A stretch of DNA of 64,000 bases. Source: Eledone cirrhosa (lineage: Eukaryota). Under the pieces are notes generated by a model, which saw nothing but the letters and a program-made list of their open reading frames with translations, was not told where the DNA came from and did no database searches. The DNA lies in NCBI GenBank assembly GCA_964016885.1, contig OZ024754.1, positions 17,360,001 to 17,424,000 of the forward strand, given 5' to 3'. Shown here in pieces: positions 37,467 to 48,815 of this stretch; the first letter of the stretch is position 1, and the number at the start of each line of letters is the position of its first letter. A program made the position numbers and the translations under genes.

Positions 37467-40400
37467 TTGTCCTGGGTATGACATTAAACTACATCCAGTG
37501 GTAAGGCTCCAGTTCGGGAGTTCAGGAGCTGTGGGGAATGTGGAGTTACCCCCTAGTTGTCACAACTCCCAGGTCTGCTCTGGCCCTGAGTAGTAATACC
37601 TGTTAGGGCCCCATTTATGAGTTAAATAATTACCTTATTCGAGTGGCGCCGGTAATGTATTGTCAGCCATTGAAAAGAAATATGGAGAGTCTATCTAACA
37701 GCACTAGGGTTAGAGCCCCTAACTACACTGTCAAGGAGCAGTCTGGTCGTTATGACTCTGCTGGCATAGAGCCACAGGGACGGCCAGTGGATGATGGATT
37801 AGCTGTCTCTGAGACAAATATAAAGAATGCAGTTTTGTCCTGCAGAAGAGCCATCAAAATGGACACTTTGAATGTGAGGACTATTCGGACGCTGGAGAAG
37901 AGAGAGGAGTTGGGTCATCTGTTTGAGAAGAGTGGTATACAGATACTTGCGATCCAAGAACACAGGATCCTACATGATGAGCCCGTGAAGAGAATGAGGA
38001 TCGGAAAGAGGAGCCAGTTCATCACCACATCGGCAGTGAGGAACATGACCAATGCTGCAGTGGGAGGTGTGGGTTTTGTTTTCAGAACAAAAACCAGTCT
38101 ATTGGTGAGGGAAATAATACCTGTCTCCCCGCGAGTGTTGAGGGTGACCTTCAATGGAAACCCAAGACTGACAGTCATCTCAGCCTATAGTCCAACCGAG
38201 GGAGACAGTGATGTGAGTGTGGAAGTGTTCCATGAGGAAGTGTGTAGAGCTGTCAATACCACAGAAGCACAAAACATCCTGCTTGTTCTGGGGGACTTCA
38301 ATGCACATCTGAGTAAGGAGGGCAGTGAAGATCCTTACTGGAAATTCCATAACAACACCAACCGAGATGGAAGACTACTGAGAGACACCCTGCTGGAGGT
38401 GAACTTGATACCGACCAACCTAAGGTTTCGGAAGAAACCGGGGAAGATGTGGACCTACATCTCAGATATGCACCTGTCCCAGTCCCAGATTGATTTCATT
38501 CTGGTGAGGATAAAGTGGCGGAATAGTGTTCTGAACACAGAACCATACAACTATTTCAGTACACTGGGTAGTGACCACCGGCTTGTTATGAGTGAGGTCC
38601 GGGTGAGCTTAAGAAAGAGCAAGACTCAGCCCCGGAGAGCAATCTAGGATTGGCGAGCTTTCAAGGAAGATGATAAGCTACAGGAGAGGTTCACAGTAGA
38701 AGTGAAGAACAGGTTCAGTGCTCTGTGTGGAGAGACAGAGGAGAGAGAGATTGGATGGACTGGGGAGAGTGTGACGAGGAGGTACGGGTACTTCACCAGT
38801 GCAGTGGCGGAAGCAAGTGAGATCAAAAGGAAGCACGTCAGCTCTACAGACCCAAAAGTGTGTGTAGCCAGAGAACACATGAAAGCTGCCAAGGACCAAT
38901 TCTATGCTGATCCTACGGGGGAGAGGAAGGAGAATGTGGAAGTGATGAGGAAAGAACTCTGTACCGCTTACACTGAGGCCAGACAGGAGGCACTGATAGA
39001 GAAGATCAGAAGTGTGGAGAGAGCGGTTGGCAGGTCTGGATGTAAGGAGAGCTGGATGATCATCAACGAGATCACAGGGAGGAAGAGATGGTGTTCGAGT
39101 CAGATCCAGGGAACAAGGCCCGAGGATAGGAAGGGGAAATGGCTAGACCATTTTAGGACCCTACAAGAGAGCCGCCCTCCACAGCCCAGAACACTGGGGA
39201 GATCGGGTGGCTGTTTGAAGAACTGGATATTGAGACAGGGCCCTTCACCAGAGAGGAGCTTCAGAGAGCCAAGAAGAAGATAAAGGATGGCAAGGCTCAT
39301 GGAGAAGATGGAGTGGCATCAGGGGTGATGAAGAGGTGTGATTTTGATGATATCATCCTGGAGTCCTGTAACCAGGCACTGGAGAAGGGAGTTACCCCGA
39401 ATCAGTGGAGGATCAGTAACATCGTCCCAGTGCCAAAGAAGGGAGATCTCTCTAACACCAACAACTACAGGGGGATCTCACTGACATCACTTGTAGCAAA
39501 GACTCTCAACAGGATGATTCTTAACAGGATTCACCTCGAGATGGAGAAGAAGCTCAGGGGCAGCCAGAACGGCTTCAGAGAAGGAAGATCAATCACCAGT
39601 CACATCCTGATGCTGAGGAGGATATTGGAGGGGGCTAGAGCAAAGTGCCTTCCTGCGGTCATGGTTTTCATTTACTTTAGGAAGGCCTTTGATTCTGTGG
39701 ACCGTCACTGCCTGATGAAGATCTTACAGGCTTATGGAATCCCAAAGAAGATAGTTGACCTGATATCACTGCTCTACACCAACACCAAAGCCCAAGTCAT
39801 TACACCTGATGGGATGACGGAGTTCTTTGAGATACTGGCTGGAGTGCTCCAGGGAGATACATTGGCTCCCTACCTTTTTATCATCGTAGTGGACTATTGT
39901 ATGCGCCTTGCACTGGAGAAACACCAGGACTCTGGCTTTACTGTAACACCGGCTCAGAGCAGGAGAATTAGGGCGAAAAAGATATCGGATGCTGAATTTG
40001 CCGACGACATAGTTTTGGTGACAAACACAGTGAATGAGACAGAGGATTTGATGCAGGTGGTGGATACTGTGTCGATGAGTGTGAGGCTGAGAATGAATGA
40101 GATTAAGACAAAATGTCTGGTAGAGAATGCTGAGAAACCAGAGGGGATTACTAATGTAGGCGGGAACCGCTAGAAATGGTTGAGTACTTCCTGTATTTGG
40201 GAGCAAAGATTGGAAATACGGAAGATGATGTGGTCAAGAGGAAGAGCAAAGCCAGGGCAGCGTGCCACATTTTGAGATCGGTGTGGAAGTCGGACCTTCA
40301 TAAAGACCTGAAGATCCGCCTCTTCATTGCTGTAGTGGAGTCTGTGCTGCTGTATGGGTCTGAGACTTGGACACTGACCAAGAAACTCACTCAGATGGTG

Positions 40401-40545
40401 GATAGGTGTTACACGAGAATGCTGAAGATGGCTCTGAACATTAATCAGTATACACTGAGGATGAAAAACTCAGAGCTGTATGGGAGCCTCCCAAGAGTCA
40501 GCTCAAAAGTGACACAGAGGAGACTGAGGTTAGCCGGACACTCAG
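37467..40545 (+). mobile_element. RTE-group LINE (APE + RT), with stops and frameshifts, 3' end interrupted
   Basis: TLNVRT, IQEHR, SAYSPT, GDFNA, IDFIL, SDH; YRGISL, QNGFR, FRKAFDSV, GVLQGDTLAPYLF, FADD, FLYLG, LYGSETW. Confidence 0.9.
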
Positions 40546-40725
40546 GAGCTAGACATATTCGATGAATTAACAGGGTAGAACCCATTACTACATCATGTTT
40601 TCCTGTTTTTGCTGCCTAAATTCTTACTGCCTGATGAGGTCACAGCCAATAATGGCTGTCACTGAAATATGTACAGCAGCGAATTTGAGTAAACGAAGCC
40701 AACTTTAACATGTTGAGTTACACTT
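40545..40725 (+). mobile_element. Family A fragment with decayed HHR (40626-40680) truncating the LINE
   Basis: ACTGC-CTGATGA-GGTCACAGCCA-ataa-TGGCTGTCACT-GAAA-TATGTACA-GCAGC; cleavage triplet mutated. Confidence 0.75.
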
Positions 40726-40730
40726 ATTAT

Positions 40731-40850
40731 GGATTGGCAGTATCGGTAGAGGGTCGGACGCCATGCTTTGACGCATAGAGTTACGGCCCTTGCCATTCTA
40801 AGTTCAAATCCCGCCGAGGTTAACTTTGCCTTTCATCCTTACGGGGTCAA
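40731..40850 (+). mobile_element. Major SINE, 5' half
   Basis: GGATTGGCAGTATCGGTAGAGGGTCGG..AGTTCAAATCCCGCCGAGG. Confidence 0.85.
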
Positions 40851-40936
40851 ACTTTTCCCCATATATATATACACAGAAACAAGATGGCGTAGGACAGAAC
40901 AAAGGAGAGGCACAAAAACAAAGAAAAGAATCCCCA

Positions 40937-40979
40937 GTCACTGAAGAGGTCACAGAATGTGTGATGAAAGAACTTTGAC
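40937..40979 (+). ncRNA. Minimal type I hammerhead-like motif
   Basis: GTCA-CTGAAGA-gGTCACA-gaatg-TGTGAT-GAAAG-aa-CTT-TGAC. Confidence 0.6.
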
Positions 40980-41125
40980 AATATATAAACAACCATCTGG
41001 TTGTGGAACCAACCAACCAACCGGAAATTTATAAATTCCTAAATTTATAAATTTATAATAATAAATTGAAGTGAAAGCAACTGGTGCGTGTGTTTCTTAT
41101 TGGCAACATGACCCTCCCCAAGTAT

Positions 41126-41235
<110 letters not shown>

Positions 41236-41247
41236 GTGTGTGTGTTG

Positions 41248-41404
41248 CGGCAGCTAGATCCGAACATTTCGTAGCTAGCTGTGAAAACGGCTGGAGCTCA
41301 GCCATCGGGGTCCTGACACTTTTCATATTACCCACTCTACTACCCTAAGTATTGAGTACTCTGGTGCGTTATGGTCCACCTGGTTCATTACCACACTTCC
41401 TTCG

Positions 41405-41407
<3 letters not shown>
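41248..41407 (+). mobile_element. PLE-type terminus (family of 20242) with the 3' half of an HHR
   Basis: GAAAACGGCTGGAGCTCAGCCATCGGGGT, then the shared terminus abutting (TA)n. Confidence 0.7.
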
Positions 41408-41492
<85 letters not shown>

Positions 41493-41739
41493 CAGGGGTG
41501 CTGGAAGCATTTCTGAATGGGGTGGGGCCAGGGACAAATTTGGACAACAATTTAGTTGTAGTGATTAGTTTAACTCTTTGCACTCTAAAATGGTCAGAAA
41601 ACTTCAATATGCTATAAACATAATATGCTCATAAATTGTAGCGCATATCCAACGAAATGTGTGTTTTTGGTACTTTGGGGAGAAAATATAATTATTGGAG
41701 GGGGCTATGCCATCCCTCTCCCCAGTTCCACCGCCACTG
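41493..41739. mobile_element. hAT-like MITE; partial related copy at 42155-42265
   Basis: Imperfect TIRs CAGGGGTGCTGGAA / TTCCACCGCCACTG. Confidence 0.55.
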
Positions 41740-42262
41740 TATATATATAATTTTTTTAAATATGCTGTGGCCTTTCCTTAGGGGTTAATATATCGAACTT
41801 CTTCGCATTTCGTAAGAAACTGGTATTATACATCTCTACATCAACCATACAACATACTCTTCCAATCCCCCTCTCTACACCAAATAACACCAAACTCTCC
41901 TCCTCTCTATATCTACTACACGGAACTCTCTTCCAATGTCGCTCTCTATATCAATTAACAGCAAACTATCCTCCTCTCTATATCTACTACACAAACCTCT
42001 CTTCCAAACCCAATCTCTATATCAATTACCACCATACTATCCCCCTCTCTATATCTACATAGTACTCTTTTCCATTCCCCCTCTACATATCAATTATCCC
42101 CCAAACACTCCCCCTCTCTATATCTATCTCTCCCATGTGTCTCTACATAATATGTAGATAAATTGTAGGGCATATACAAATAGATGTGTGCTTTGGTAGT
42201 TTGGGGAGAAAAATATAATTATTGGGGGGGTCCATGGCCCCCTGCGCCCAGTTCCACTCTCC

Positions 42263-42333
<71 letters not shown>

Positions 42334-42609
42334 TCAGTCCCACTGCGTGTCACCTTGGTCATGTCTCTAGTACTATAACCCGACGTATGTATGGATATAT
42401 ATATGCGTGCGTCTGTGTATATAGGTTGGGCGAGTCCTTGTGGCGTGTTTACGTTCGTGCGTGTGTTTATGTAACGTGACATAAGGGTGTGACAAAAACG
42501 GAAATATAAAAACAAAATACCAGATTATAAAATTATTACTAAGGATCAATATGTTCATCATGGCTGTAGTTTAATGACTTTTTTTAGTTTATATCTGTAT
42601 ATATATAAT

Positions 42610-42797
42610 ACTTGTTTCTACTTTTGGCACAAGGCCAGCAATTAACCAGTACATTACTGGTACTTTATTTTATCGACCCCGTAAGGATGAAAGGCAAAGA
42701 TAACCTCGGCGGGATTTGAATTCAGACCGTAAAGGGATGTAACTATGCTGGAAAGCATGGCGTCCGACTCTCTACCGATAGTGCCAATCCACCGCCT
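42610..42797 (-). mobile_element. Major SINE, full length
   Basis: Reverse complement of the family sequence. Confidence 0.9.
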
Positions 42798-42798
42798 C

Positions 42799-42855
<57 letters not shown>

Positions 42856-42856
42856 T

Positions 42857-45800
42857 TAAACGAGGTGGCGGAGGTCATGAAATCGCTCCCGTAAGTTTTG
42901 AATTTTTAACATATTTAAATCATTTGTGAAATAACAACTCTTAGTACAAATGCTACGTAAAGCACCCGGCTTGAGCCCCAAAAAAAATTCGGACCCAAAA
43001 TATATTGTTATAAGGCTCAAATATTCAAATATTCAACTTTGTATTGTACACTGTATATCCAAAAAAGAAAATGGCTATAAATGGAAGAAGAACCCCCCCC
43101 CCCTCCTCTCCTCTGTCTACACTATATAGAACAGCCAAACTCACCAACACCAGAAACTAGATACACCACCCACCTCATCACCTGTGTACACTAAACACAA
43201 CAGCCAGATAACGGCAATTTCACCACCACCGCTCACTACTGCCATCATTACCACCACTATCCCATCACCGCCGCCACCAGTCCTTCACTCCTTCACTGCT
43301 ACCACCGCTACAACACCATCACTACAGTAATACTATCACATCACCACCACCACTGCCTCGGTATCGACATCACCACCACCACTGTCTCAGTATCGCTACC
43401 GCCGCCATTCTTCTACTTCTTCAAGCTGGCTGCTGCCACCACATTATAGAATTCCTACTACTAAAAAAGAGGAAGGCATCAAAAAATATAGATAGATTCA
43501 AAAGAAAAAAGGAAAAACAAACAACAAAACCAAAGCAGCACAGCAACAACAGCAAAAAACGAGAAAAACAAACAGAGAAAAACAAAAACAAAAAAAAACA
43601 AAAAACGTAAAGAAAATAAGAATGAAGAGAGAAGCAGGCGGACGGACAGAGAAGAGGGGGGAAAAACTAAAACTAAAAAAACAAAAACTAAGTCAGACAT
43701 TCGAACACTACATTACAATGAAACTTATGCTTATTCATTTTTGGGGCCCTTTCTGCCTGTGTGTTTGTTTGTTTATGTGTGTTCGTATACAGCGTGGTGA
43801 TAATGCCACACAAGGGCCAAATGGAACGGCGAATCCACAGATGGCTATGTAACCATACATTCGCCAATCCTCGATAAGAGTGTTTAAATATCGAACATAA
43901 ACAGTTCGAATAACGGTGAAATGGAGACTAGAACGTCATGTGACAGACTCTCACCCAACAGGTGCCCCCTGGCTCAGCAGCAGGAACCTGACTGTCAACC
44001 AAATACTGCTGATGTTGGAGGAAGAAGAAGAAGGAAAGGGGCCAGAACCAACTGGACGAAAGAATTGAATAGAACTGTTATGCAATGTTACCTGAAAAGT
44101 AACCCCAAGGAGAGGGGCTACAGGAGACGGATGCATAACATCTGGAACGAGATTGGTCTATTTAAATTAGATGAACAAAAATTGGCCGGGCAGGCTCGGG
44201 TAATAAGAACTAATGGGTGGATAAGCGAGCTGGAACTGGAGGAACTGAGCAGAGAGAATGGCTTGGAGATGGCGGGTGTAGTATGCCTGACAAGCGAGCC
44301 AGTGGGAAATGAAGGTGAAGAGGTCCTGAGAACGGAGGAACCACCCGAAGCAGACAATGATCTGAATACTGAGATAAATAATACCTGGAACAGAGATACG
44401 GCCACTGAGGAGATGAATGCTGAGGGGCTAGGACAAGATTCGGTTGACATCCTAAATTTAGTGGTAGATGAATTGAACAATGATAGTGGGAGACCTATGA
44501 ACCTAAGATTTGTAGACAGGAAAAAGTTAAAAGAAACAACAGCTAAGGTAAACAAAGTCATCCCATACCTTGAGGCGAGGAGCCTTCACCAGTGCAACAA
44601 TATCCTCAAAGCAACAGCAAATACGGTGAGGAAACTACTTGGTATAAAAGCGAGAGGAAACAACAGACAAGAAAGAGCAGAGCCGTGGTGGAAGAAACGA
44701 CTGAGTGGTCAAATCGGGGAAATGAGAAATGACATAGGAAAGCTTGAGTCACTACTGAATGGGACACTAAAAAACATAGGCACTAAAAATAGACTGGAAA
44801 TAAAGTACAAAACTAGGAGGAAAAAGCTAAATATTATCATAGAGGAACTGAAGCAACGCATTGTAGCAAAGAGTGCAAAAATCAGGCGATACGAGAACAG
44901 AGTCAGTCAGTATAAACAGAACCGCATGTTCGACAACAACCAGAAGATGCTGTTTGGACAGCTTGAGGGGAAAGAAAGAGGCAACGACTTGATCCCTGGG
45001 GCGGAGCAAACTAAAACATTCTGGAGAGGAATATGGGAGCAGGATGTTAGACATAATGTCCAGGCAGGGTGGATTGAGACAGTACAGAGGGAGATCGGTG
45101 AGCAGGCACACCAACAAACTGATTTGAGTATCACAGTTGAAACTCTTAAGGGGCAGGCCAAAATACTAACCAACTGGAAATCACCAGGCCCAGATGGTGT
45201 GCAGGGGTATTGGATTAAAAATTTAACATCCCTCCACCCGAAGCTGACGGCCATGTTCAATGACTGCTTGGTGTCGGGTGAGGTGCCAGAGTGGTTGACA
45301 AAAGGTACCACAGTTCTGATAATGAAAGACCGAATCAAGGGTAATGATGTTACCAACTATAGACCTATCACATGTCTGTCCGTAATGTGGAAACTGTTGA
45401 CGAGCATTGTGTCTGAGGAAATCTACCATCACCTCCACACAAACAACTTGTTGCCGGACGAACAGAAAGAATGCCGAAAGAAGTCACGTGGTACAAAGGA
45501 CCAGTTACTTATTGATAAGATGGTAATGGGGAATTGCAGGAGGAGACACACTGATCTTGCCATGGGATGGATAGACTACAGAAAGGCATTTGACATGGTG
45601 CCTCATTCTTGGATCACCAAAAGCCTGGAGATCTTCAGGGTGGCAGATAACATCAGACAGTTGCTGGGCAGGAGTATGGGGTCCTGGGAGACAGAGTTGA
45701 CATCAACTGGAGTATCCTTGGGAAGCGTGAAGATCAAGAGAGGTACCTTCCAGGGAGATAGCCTGTCCCCTCTGTTGTTTGTCCTTGCCCTGATGCCCTT

Positions 45801-47396
45801 GACCATTATGCTGCGAAAAGTGAGAGCAGGATACAAGTTGGGAAAGGGAGAGCTTACCATCAATCACCTCCTCTTTATGGACGATCTTAAGCTCTTCGGG
45901 AAAAGTGAGAAGGAGTTGGATGTGCTTGTTGACACTGTCCGTATTTTCAGCAGTGATATATGTATGCAGTTTGGTATTAGTAAATGTGGAGTCATTGTGA
46001 TGAGGAGGGGTAGGTTGAGCAGAAGTAACGGGATCCAGATACCAACAGGTGAGATGATAAAGGAAATTGACTCTGAGGAAGGATACAAGTATTTGGGCGT
46101 TCTGGAGGCTGATGGCATAAAGAACAAAAAAATGAAGGAATTGTTAAGAACTGAATACATTCGGAGAGTAAGGAGCGTATTGAAGTCACATCTGAATAGC
46201 AGAAATGCCATAAGCGCAGTAAATTCCCGAGCTGTGTCTATTATTAGGTACAGTGCGGGAATTCTGAGATGGAATGTTGCTGAACAAAAAGAAATGGATA
46301 GGAAGACTAGGAAGCTATTGACTATCTACAACATGTTCCACAAGAGGAGTGATGTCGATAGACTCTACCTAAGGAGATCTGAGGGTGGAAGAGGTCTTAT
46401 CAGCATAGAGGACTGTGTTCAGATGGAGAAAAACAACCTATACAAATACGTGACCTATAGTAAGGAGCCAATGCTCAGAACTGTACTGAAGGAGGGGACA
46501 GTAGGCCAGGGGATGTCCAAGGAGGAAATAACATCAAGGAGGAAGAGCAGCCTTAAGGGAAAATCCCTTCACAGTACCTTCTTTGAGAAAACTGAATTTA
46601 GAGATCCACAGACATGGAACTGGTTGAGAAGAGGAGACCTCAAAAAGGCTACAGAAGGAATGTTAATGGCTGCGCAGGAGCAGGCCCTCAAAACGAAGTG
46701 GTTGAAGCACCATATTTACAAGGAGGAGGCTAGCCCACTGTGCGGGATCTGTGGAGAGAGAGAGGAGACTGTGGCTCACATTGTGTCCGAGTGTAAACAC
46801 CTAGCCCAGACCCACTATAAGGGCTGGAGACACGATGTGATGGGCAGGGTGATCCACTGGCACCTGTGCAAAGTAAACAATTTACCACATTCTGAGAAAT
46901 GGTATGAGCATAGGCCAGAGGCGGTGATGGAGAGCAATCAGGTGAAGGTGCTGTGGGATTTTAGGATACAGACAGACAAAAAGCTGGAACACAATAGACC
47001 TGACCTGGTGGTTGTGGACAAAGAAAAAAGATCGTGTCTGATTGTGGATGTGGCCTGCCCTTTCGACACGAGAGTGCAAGAGAAGGAGAGGGAGAAAATT
47101 AACCGATACCAGGACCTAAAGTGGGAGGTGAAAAGGATTTGGAACTGCCATGAAGTCAAAGTGATCCCGATTGTCATAGGCGCACTGGGGACTATCTCCA
47201 AAAGTTTCCAGGGATGGTTAAAGAAAATCGGCCCCTTCACGCTTTTTGGAACGCTTCAAAAGGCATGCTTGCTTGGAACAGCAAGAACCCTCCGATACGT
47301 CCTGAATATCTGAGGCTGCAGGTAGTGGCTTGATATTCATTCCAACGGACTTTCCAGTTAACCAACATCAATGACTGAGATTCAAGGAATAACAAC

Positions 47397-47470
<74 letters not shown>
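42857..47470 (+). mobile_element. R4/Dong-type non-LTR retrotransposon, apparently full length, flanked by (TAA)n
   Basis: (TAA)n at 42801-42855 and 47397-47470; ~1-kb 5' region shared with copy 3; short 3' UTR. Confidence 0.9.
43921..47313 (+). CDS. RT + CCHC + restriction-like endonuclease polyprotein (R4/Dong clade), 1130 aa, uninterrupted
   Basis: [53 protein letters not shown]-x8-H-x4-[20 protein letters not shown]. Confidence 0.92.
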   Translation: METRTSCDRLSPNRCPLAQQQEPDCQPNTADVGGRRRRKGARTNWTKELNRTVMQCYLKSNPKERGYRRRMHNIWNEIGLFKLDEQKLAGQARVIRTNGWISELELEELSRENGLEMAGVVCLTSEPVGNEGEEVLRTEEPPEADNDLNTEINNTWNRDTATEEMNAEGLGQDSVDILNLVVDELNNDSGRPMNLRFVDRKKLKETTAKVNKVIPYLEARSLHQCNNILKATANTVRKLLGIKARGNNRQERAEPWWKKRLSGQIGEMRNDIGKLESLLNGTLKNIGTKNRLEIKYKTRRKKLNIIIEELKQRIVAKSAKIRRYENRVSQYKQNRMFDNNQKMLFGQLEGKERGNDLIPGAEQTKTFWRGIWEQDVRHNVQAGWIETVQREIGEQAHQQTDLSITVETLKGQAKILTNWKSPGPDGVQGYWIKNLTSLHPKLTAMFNDCLVSGEVPEWLTKGTTVLIMKDRIKGNDVTNYRPITCLSVMWKLLTSIVSEEIYHHLHTNNLLPDEQKECRKKSRGTKDQLLIDKMVMGNCRRRHTDLAMGWIDYRKAFDMVPHSWITKSLEIFRVADNIRQLLGRSMGSWETELTSTGVSLGSVKIKRGTFQGDSLSPLLFVLALMPLTIMLRKVRAGYKLGKGELTINHLLFMDDLKLFGKSEKELDVLVDTVRIFSSDICMQFGISKCGVIVMRRGRLSRSNGIQIPTGEMIKEIDSEEGYKYLGVLEADGIKNKKMKELLRTEYIRRVRSVLKSHLNSRNAISAVNSRAVSIIRYSAGILRWNVAEQKEMDRKTRKLLTIYNMFHKRSDVDRLYLRRSEGGRGLISIEDCVQMEKNNLYKYVTYSKEPMLRTVLKEGTVGQGMSKEEITSRRKSSLKGKSLHSTFFEKTEFRDPQTWNWLRRGDLKKATEGMLMAAQEQALKTKWLKHHIYKEEASPLCGICGEREETVAHIVSECKHLAQTHYKGWRHDVMGRVIHWHLCKVNNLPHSEKWYEHRPEAVMESNQVKVLWDFRIQTDKKLEHNRPDLVVVDKEKRSCLIVDVACPFDTRVQEKEREKINRYQDLKWEVKRIWNCHEVKVIPIVIGALGTISKSFQGWLKKIGPFTLFGTLQKACLLGTARTLRYVLNI

Positions 47471-47471
<1 letters not shown>

Positions 47472-48777
47472 TGGGCGTTCTGGAGGCTGATGGCATAAAG
47501 AACAAAAAAATGAAGGAATTGTTAAGAACTGAATACATTCGGAGAGTAAGGAGCGTATTGAAGTCACATCTGAATAGCAGAAATGCCATAAGCGCAGTAA
47601 ATTCCCGAGCTGTGTCTATTATTAGGTACAGTGCGGGAATTCTGAGATGGAATGTTGCTGAACAAAAAGAAATGGATAGGAAGACTAGGAAGCTATTGAC
47701 TATCTACAACATGTTCCACAAGAGGAGTGATGTCGATAGACTCTACCTAAGGAGATCTGAGGGTGGAAGAGGTCTTATCAGCATAGAGGACTGTGTTCAG
47801 ATGGAGAAAAACAACCTATACAAATACGTGACCTATAGTAAGGAGCCAATGCTCAGAACTGTACTGAAGGAGGGGACAGTAGGCCAGGGGATGTCCAAGG
47901 AGGAAATAACATCAAGGAGGAAGAGCAGCCTTAAGGGAAAATCCCTTCATAGTACCTTCTTTGAGAAAACTGAATTTAGAGATCCACAGACATGGAACTG
48001 GTTGAGAAGAGGAGACCTCAAAAAGGCTACAGAAGGAATGCTAATGGCTGCGCAGGAGCAGGCCCTCAAAACGAAGTGGTTGAAGCACCATATTTACAAG
48101 GAGGAGGCTAGCCCACTGTGCGGGATCTGTGGAGAGAGAGAGGAGACTGTGGCTCACATTGTGTCCGAGTGTAAACACCTAGCCCAGACCCACTATAAGG
48201 GCTGGAGACACGATGTGATGGGCAGGGTGATCCACTGGCACCTGTGCAAAGTAAACAATCTACCACATTCTGAGAAATGGTATGAGCATAGGCCAGAGGC
48301 GGTGATGGAGAACAGTCAGGTGAAGGTGCTGTGGGATTTTAGGATACAGACGGACAAAAAACTGGAACACAATAGACCTGACCTGGTGGTTGTGGACAAA
48401 GAAAAAAGATCGTGCCTGATTGTGGATGTGGCCTGCCCGTTCGACACGAGAGTGCAAGAGAAGGAGAGGGAGAAAATTAACCGATACCAGGACCTAAAGT
48501 GGGAGGTGAAAAGGATTTGGAACTGCCATGAAGTCAAAGTGATCCCGATTGTCATAGGCGCACTGGGGACTATCTCCAAAGGTTTCCAGGGATGGTTAAA
48601 GAAAATCGGCCCCTTCACGCTTTTTGGAACGCTTCAAAAGGCATGCTTGCTTGGAACAGCAAGAACCCTCCGATACGTCCTGAATATCTGAGGCTGCAGG
48701 TAGTGGCTTGATATTCAATCCAACGGACTTTCCAGTTAACCAACATCAATGACTGAGATTCAAGGAATAACAATAAC

Positions 48778-48815
<38 letters not shown>
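47471..48815 (+). mobile_element. 5'-truncated Dong copy in tandem, nearly identical to copy 1
   Basis: Starts at the position equivalent to 46093, same 3' UTR, (TAA)n tail. Confidence 0.92.

Noticed and set aside
43740-43870. HDV-like ribozyme in the Dong 5' region (also 49900-50030)
   Set aside because: Hairpins exist, but the nested double pseudoknot could not be built by eye.
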